Program-made: the position numbers and the translations under genes
Shown here: in pieces, positions 32,437-35,813 of the stretch
Numbering within the stretch: position 1 is the stretch's first letter
Layout: every line of letters starts with the position of its first letter
The notes under the pieces: generated by a model
The model's input: only the letters and a program-made list of their open reading frames with translations
The model's database searches: none
What the model was told of the DNA's origin: nothing
Source of the DNA: a virus
Reading direction: 5' to 3' (one strand)
Length of the DNA: 35,813 bases
Virus record (IMG/VR): IMGVR_UViG_3300044984_000894

Positions 32437-32451
32437 TAAGTGAGTTTTGAA

Positions 32452-32673
32452 ATGGATAATGAAGAAAGATTAAATAAACAAAAATTAGCAAAAAGAATTT
32501 ATCGTTTAAAAAATAAAGAAATTGGAAATGATAGGGATAAAGTTTATGAAGAAAAAAATAAAGAAAAAATAAAAGAAAAAAAATCTTTGTTTTATTTTGC
32601 TAATAAAGAAAGATTAAACAAAGAAAGATGCGAAAGAAGATTACGACAAAAATTGAGAGAATCTATTGAATGA
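32452..32673 (+). CDS. Highly basic K/E/R-rich 73-aa protein
   Basis: ATG at 32452. Internal repeat EERLNKQKL / KERLNKERC. Very AT-rich DNA. Confidence 0.45.
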   Translation: MDNEERLNKQKLAKRIYRLKNKEIGNDRDKVYEEKNKEKIKEKKSLFYFANKERLNKERCERRLRQKLRESIE

Positions 32674-32756
32674 AATTTTAGAGTTTATAAAAGAGCTTGA
32701 AGAAGTTTTTAAAGTACAAGCAAAAGCAATTAAGATTAATGACAAGGTGGTGTTAC

Positions 32757-32882
32757 ATGATGGTAAATTTCAACAAAAAAGAGATGGACTTAAATTATGA
32801 AGAAAGATTACGTTGTATCGTGGTATTTGCTACCGTTTGTATTGGTAGTATATTTTTTTATATTGTTGGTGGGCATTGTTAG
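32757..32882 (+). CDS. Hypothetical 41-aa membrane peptide
   Basis: AAGGTGG lies 6 nt upstream of the ATG at 32757. C-terminus VVFATVCIGSIFFYIVGG is hydrophobic. Confidence 0.4.
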   Translation: MMVNFNKKEMDLNYEERLRCIVVFATVCIGSIFFYIVGGHC

Positions 32883-32897
32883 AATGGTGTTTAACAA

Positions 32898-33035
32898 ATG
32901 ACAGACGAAGAATGGTTTTATAATATGTGTGACCGTATTAATAAAATGCCAATAGAAGCGCAGTTAGAGGCGTTTTTAGAAGAAGTTAAGGATAAGCCTA
33001 GAGTTAAAGCTTTTGTCCTTGTGATGAGGCTGTAA
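32898..33035 (+). CDS. Hypothetical 45-aa protein (MTDEEWFYNMCDRINKMPIEAQLEAFLEEVK...)
   Basis: Not in the track. TAATG junction with the next gene. Confidence 0.45.
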   Translation: MTDEEWFYNMCDRINKMPIEAQLEAFLEEVKDKPRVKAFVLVMRL

Positions 33036-33262
33036 TGAAGCACAATCATTATTTTAAAGATGTACGGCATATTGACGGCATTGACGTTTATCGGGTGTTG
33101 GAATTGTTTAATGTAACAGACCCTTGTCTGCAACATGCGGTAAAAAAGTTGTTGTGTGCAGGGAAAAGAGGTGCAAAGGATGAAGAGCAAGATGTTCAAG
33201 AGGCAATGGATACGTTGGAGCGTTATCAGGATATGAAGGTGGAGGAAGATCTGCATGATTAA
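33035..33262 (+). CDS. DUF3310-like phage protein
   Basis: HYFKDVRHIDGIDVYRVLELF...CLQHAVKKLLCAGKRGAKDEEQDVQEAMDTLERY matches the family pattern (HY...i.vi ... KY..R.G.K ... D..KA..yl). Confidence 0.6.
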   Translation: MKHNHYFKDVRHIDGIDVYRVLELFNVTDPCLQHAVKKLLCAGKRGAKDEEQDVQEAMDTLERYQDMKVEEDLHD

Positions 33263-33383
33263 ACGGACAAAGATTTGCAAACATAAGTACCAGGCAACTT
33301 ATGTTTCATGGCGCAAGAAAGTTTGTGTTGATTGCAATAAAGAGTTTCCATTGTATGATTTAAAGATTGAACACCAAAGGTAA
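33255..33383 (+). CDS. Hypothetical 42-aa Cys-containing protein
   Basis: Not in the track. GGAGGAAG lies 6 nt upstream. Contains C-x18-C-x2-C. Confidence 0.45.
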   Translation: MIKRTKICKHKYQATYVSWRKKVCVDCNKEFPLYDLKIEHQR

Positions 33384-33443
33384 TAATAATGGCGTTAAAG
33401 GTTAGCAACAAGAACAGAAAGAAATTAATAATGTTCAAGGCAA

Positions 33444-33572
33444 ATGAAAAAAGTTATGAAACCAAAGATTAAGTGGGTTGGAAATTACTGGAGGTGTTAT
33501 AGTGCAGACAGAATTGCTTATGGTGAGTCACCAAAGGTGGCGTTTATTAATTGGAAATCGCAGTATTTTTAA
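33444..33572 (+). CDS. Hypothetical 42-aa protein (MKKVMKPKIKWVGNYWRCYSADRIAYGESPKVAFINWKSQYF)
   Basis: Not in the track. Open frame that fills the gap before terS. Confidence 0.35.
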   Translation: MKKVMKPKIKWVGNYWRCYSADRIAYGESPKVAFINWKSQYF

Positions 33573-33619
33573 TAACTAATTTTAAGATAAGGAGTTGTCT
33601 AAAAAAGACAAAATTAGAT

Positions 33620-33916
33620 ATGGCAACATTAGGAAAAGCAGGTGGAGAAAAAACAGGTGGTCGTCAAAAGGGCGTACAAAATGTTGCAACTGTACAAGCA
33701 AGACAAGCTATTGCAGATTTTGTTGATGGAAATGCTCACAGATTAACAGGATGGCTTGACCAAGTTGCTGAAACAAATCCAGAGCGTGCGTTTCAGTTAT
33801 TTCAAAGTGTTATTGAATATCATGTTCCAAAGTTAGCAAGAAGTGACAATACTGTAACTGGCGCAGATGGTGGAGCAATAGTCCACAGGATAGAGGTTTC
33901 ATTTGGCGACGATTAA
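33620..33916 (+). CDS. terS: Terminase small subunit
   Basis: MATLGKAGGEKTGGRQKGVQNVAT is a typical basic G/K-rich terS N-terminus. It overlaps the terL start. Confidence 0.65.
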   Translation: MATLGKAGGEKTGGRQKGVQNVATVQARQAIADFVDGNAHRLTGWLDQVAETNPERAFQLFQSVIEYHVPKLARSDNTVTGADGGAIVHRIEVSFGDD

Positions 33917-35168
33917 GGCAAAGTTTCCTCCAAGTCTTAAAGATATATTTAAGCCAAAACGATATAAAGTCATTTATGGTGGACGTGGCTCAGGAAAAAG
34001 TTGGAGTGTTGCAAGAGCATTAATCATTAAGTCTGTTAATGAACCGATAAGAGTTCTTTGCGCTCGTGAAACACAGAAGTCCATACAAGAATCAGTACAT
34101 AAGTTGCTTAAGGATCAGATTGATATACTTGGTTTACAGCATATGTTTACAGTGCTTGAAACAAAGATAATCGGGATTAATGGTTCTGAGTTTAGTTTTG
34201 CAGGTATTCGTCAACAAGGAATTACAAACCTAAAGTCTTTTGAAGGTGTTGATATATGTTGGGTTGAAGAAGCTCAGGTTTGTACTAAGAAATCATGGGA
34301 TGTTTTAATACCAACTATTAGAAAACCAAATAGTGAAATATGGATAACATTCAATCCAGAACTAGACACTGATGAAACGTATGTTAGATTTGTATTGACA
34401 GATAATGAAGAAGCTGTTGTTATAAAATGCAACTATTCTGATAATCCTTGGTTTCCAGAGGAACTTGAAAAGGAAAGAATAAACTGGTTAAAACGTGATC
34501 CTGAAGGATATAAGACAGTCTGGGATGGAGAATGTCGTCCTGCCGTTGAAGGTGCTATTTACGTTAATGAGATAACTAAACTTCATATTGAAAAAAGACT
34601 AGGCAATGCTCCATACGATCCACTACTAAAAGTTCATACAGTATGGGATTTAGGTTGGAACGATTCAATGTCTATAATGATGGTGCAGAGATCAGGTTCT
34701 GGTGAAGTAAGGATTATTGATTATATTGAAGATTCACATCGTACTTTAGATAGTTACATTGCTGAATTGAATACAAAAGGTTACAATTATGGCACGGACT
34801 ATATTCCTCATGATGGACGTAGTAGAGATTTTAAGTCTGGAAAGTCTACTGAAGAAATATTAATGGCGTTAGGTCGTACTGTTAATGTTCTAGGTCGTGA
34901 AGATATAGAAGAAGGAATTAAGATGGCAAGGATGATGTTTGGTAGAGTTTGGATTGATAACAAAGCATCTGAACTACTTAACCAGATCAAACGATATAGA
35001 CGTACACAAAATCAAAGTACAGGTACATTCGGTGCGCCTTTACATGATGATAGCTCTCATGGTGCAGATTGTTTTAGGTATCTTGCAATGGCTGAACAGA
35101 ATATGACTAATGACTCTTGGAGTTCTGGATCATTAGATTATTCATATATACAAAGCGGTATAATTTAA
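33903..35168 (+). CDS. terL: Terminase large subunit (PBSX/Terminase_3-like)
   Basis: Walker A YGGRGSGKSWS, Walker B DICWVEEA, and a C-terminal nuclease region with HDDSSHGADCFRY. TTG start at 33903 (no in-frame ATG nearby). Confidence 0.9.
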   Translation: MATIKAKFPPSLKDIFKPKRYKVIYGGRGSGKSWSVARALIIKSVNEPIRVLCARETQKSIQESVHKLLKDQIDILGLQHMFTVLETKIIGINGSEFSFAGIRQQGITNLKSFEGVDICWVEEAQVCTKKSWDVLIPTIRKPNSEIWITFNPELDTDETYVRFVLTDNEEAVVIKCNYSDNPWFPEELEKERINWLKRDPEGYKTVWDGECRPAVEGAIYVNEITKLHIEKRLGNAPYDPLLKVHTVWDLGWNDSMSIMMVQRSGSGEVRIIDYIEDSHRTLDSYIAELNTKGYNYGTDYIPHDGRSRDFKSGKSTEEILMALGRTVNVLGREDIEEGIKMARMMFGRVWIDNKASELLNQIKRYRRTQNQSTGTFGAPLHDDSSHGADCFRYLAMAEQNMTNDSWSSGSLDYSYIQSGII

Positions 35169-35184
35169 CAACAGAGGATTAAAA

Positions 35185-35250
35185 ATGGCTAAGTCTAAAT
35201 CAAAAAAAGCTCCATCTCCAATGATGCCTGGTAAGAAAAAAGGCTGCTAA
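35185..35250 (+). CDS. Possible 21-aa lysine-rich peptide (MAKSKSKKAPSPMMPGKKKGC)
   Basis: GAGGA lies 7 nt upstream. Exactly fills the terL-portal gap. Very short, so weakly supported. Confidence 0.3.
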   Translation: MAKSKSKKAPSPMMPGKKKGC

Positions 35251-35251
35251 G

Positions 35252-35813
35252 ATGGCAAAAATGACTGATTCAGAAATATTGGCAATTATCCAAAATGAAA
35301 TGGCTAATGCCGATATTACGACAACTTCATCTTCTGCATTACAAGAACCTTTAAGATATTATCTTGGGCTTCCATTAGGTAATGAACAGGAAGGGCGTAG
35401 CTCATTGGTATCAACAGATGTTGCTGATGCTATTGAGTGGATAATGCCTCAGATTATGAAATCATTTACTCAGAATAATGAGGTGGTGGTTTTTGATCCT
35501 GTTAATGAAGGAGATGAATTACAAGCGCAGATTGAATCAGAATATGTATATGACGTATTGATGAAGCAAAATGATGGGTTTACTTTAATCCATCAATTTG
35601 TGAAAGATGCACTTATGCAACGCAATGGAATGTTAAAAGTTTATTATGAAGATGATGAAAAGATAACCACCTATAATTACTCAGGATTAACAGAAGATCA
35701 GTTAGCTGTTGCCTTGATGGATGAAGATACTGAGATATTAGAATTAACTGAAGATGAAAGTCAATCAGAAAATCCATTAGAGCAAGAACCTGTTACTTAT
35801 AGTGCAAAGATTA
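35252..35813 (+). CDS. Portal protein, N-terminal part (runs off the window end and continues at position 128 via the terminal overlap)
   Basis: MAKMTDSEILAIIQNEMANADI...RYYLGLPLGNEQEGRSSLVSTDVADAIEWIMPQIMKSF. In phase with 1..1722. Confidence 0.85.
   Translation, partial: MAKMTDSEILAIIQNEMANADITTTSSSALQEPLRYYLGLPLGNEQEGRSSLVSTDVADAIEWIMPQIMKSFTQNNEVVVFDPVNEGDELQAQIESEYVYDVLMKQNDGFTLIHQFVKDALMQRNGMLKVYYEDDEKITTYNYSGLTEDQLAVALMDEDTEILELTEDESQSENPLEQEPVTYSAKI
35687..35813. repeat. Terminal overlap, copy 2 (identical to 1..127)
   Basis: Direct comparison of both ends. Confidence 0.95.

Noticed and set aside
32666-32800. Possible 44-aa ORF with a TTG start (NEILEFIKELEEVFKVQAKAIKINDKVVLHDGKFQQKRDGLKL).
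   Set aside because: The translation looks protein-like. However, the start codon is non-ATG with weak SD, and it overlaps the better-supported 32757 ORF by 44 nt. I left it unannotated, and Ribo-seq could revive it.
32918-33280. 120-aa minus-strand ORF.
   Set aside because: It lies opposite three plus-strand ORFs with good RBS and overlap junctions, including a DUF3310-like protein. It also has the wrong orientation for this transcription block.
1-35813. Scan for tRNA, rRNA, transposase/IS ends and toxin-antitoxin pairs.
   Set aside because: The few intergenic gaps (4119-4169, 18900-18940, 22079-22119, 22590-22640, 28769-28824, 30101-30214, 32256-32451) are too short for tRNA cloverleaves or are occupied by hairpins and promoters. 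I recognised no transposase-like ORF or inverted terminal repeats. A dedicated tRNA scan was not possible here.

Overview
The window is a complete, circularly closed genome of a tailed dsDNA phage. Positions 1..127 are identical to 35687..35813, so the unit length is 35,686 bp and the portal gene runs across the junction. The sequence looks AT-rich by eye. Genes are densely packed, most have Shine-Dalgarno sites, and many are chained by ATGA/TAATG start-stop overlaps.

There are two divergent transcription blocks. They start at an overlapping promoter pair near 30.14-30.18 kb and meet at a terminator near 18.92 kb.

- Rightward block (30.2 kb, through the junction, to 18.9 kb): small HTH protein, Toprim-AAA primase/helicase, a non-coding iteron/hairpin/AT-palindrome region, small ORFs, terS/terL, portal, scaffold, major capsid, endolysin, fibres, holin plus embedded spanins, tail proteins and a long set of putative ejection proteins.
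- Leftward block (30.1 to 18.9 kb): Sak4-like ATPase, DUF669-like SSB, YqaJ exonuclease, a PP-loop ATPase / EctC-type cupin / ParB-like block, SF2 helicase, VRR-NUC nuclease and about 14 small accessory genes ending in a lipoprotein.

The virion is probably podovirus-like, since I found no tape measure or sheath. The host is probably Gram-negative, given the spanins and lipoboxes. I recognised no integrase, CI-type repressor, DNA polymerase, tRNA, CRISPR array or reverse transcriptase.

The best candidate for an undescribed system is the translationally coupled IbrA-like PP-loop enzyme + solitary ectoine-synthase-type cupin + IbrB/ParB-like protein (25147..27908), which may be a DNA or nucleotide modification module. 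All family names come from motifs read by eye. No database search was run.
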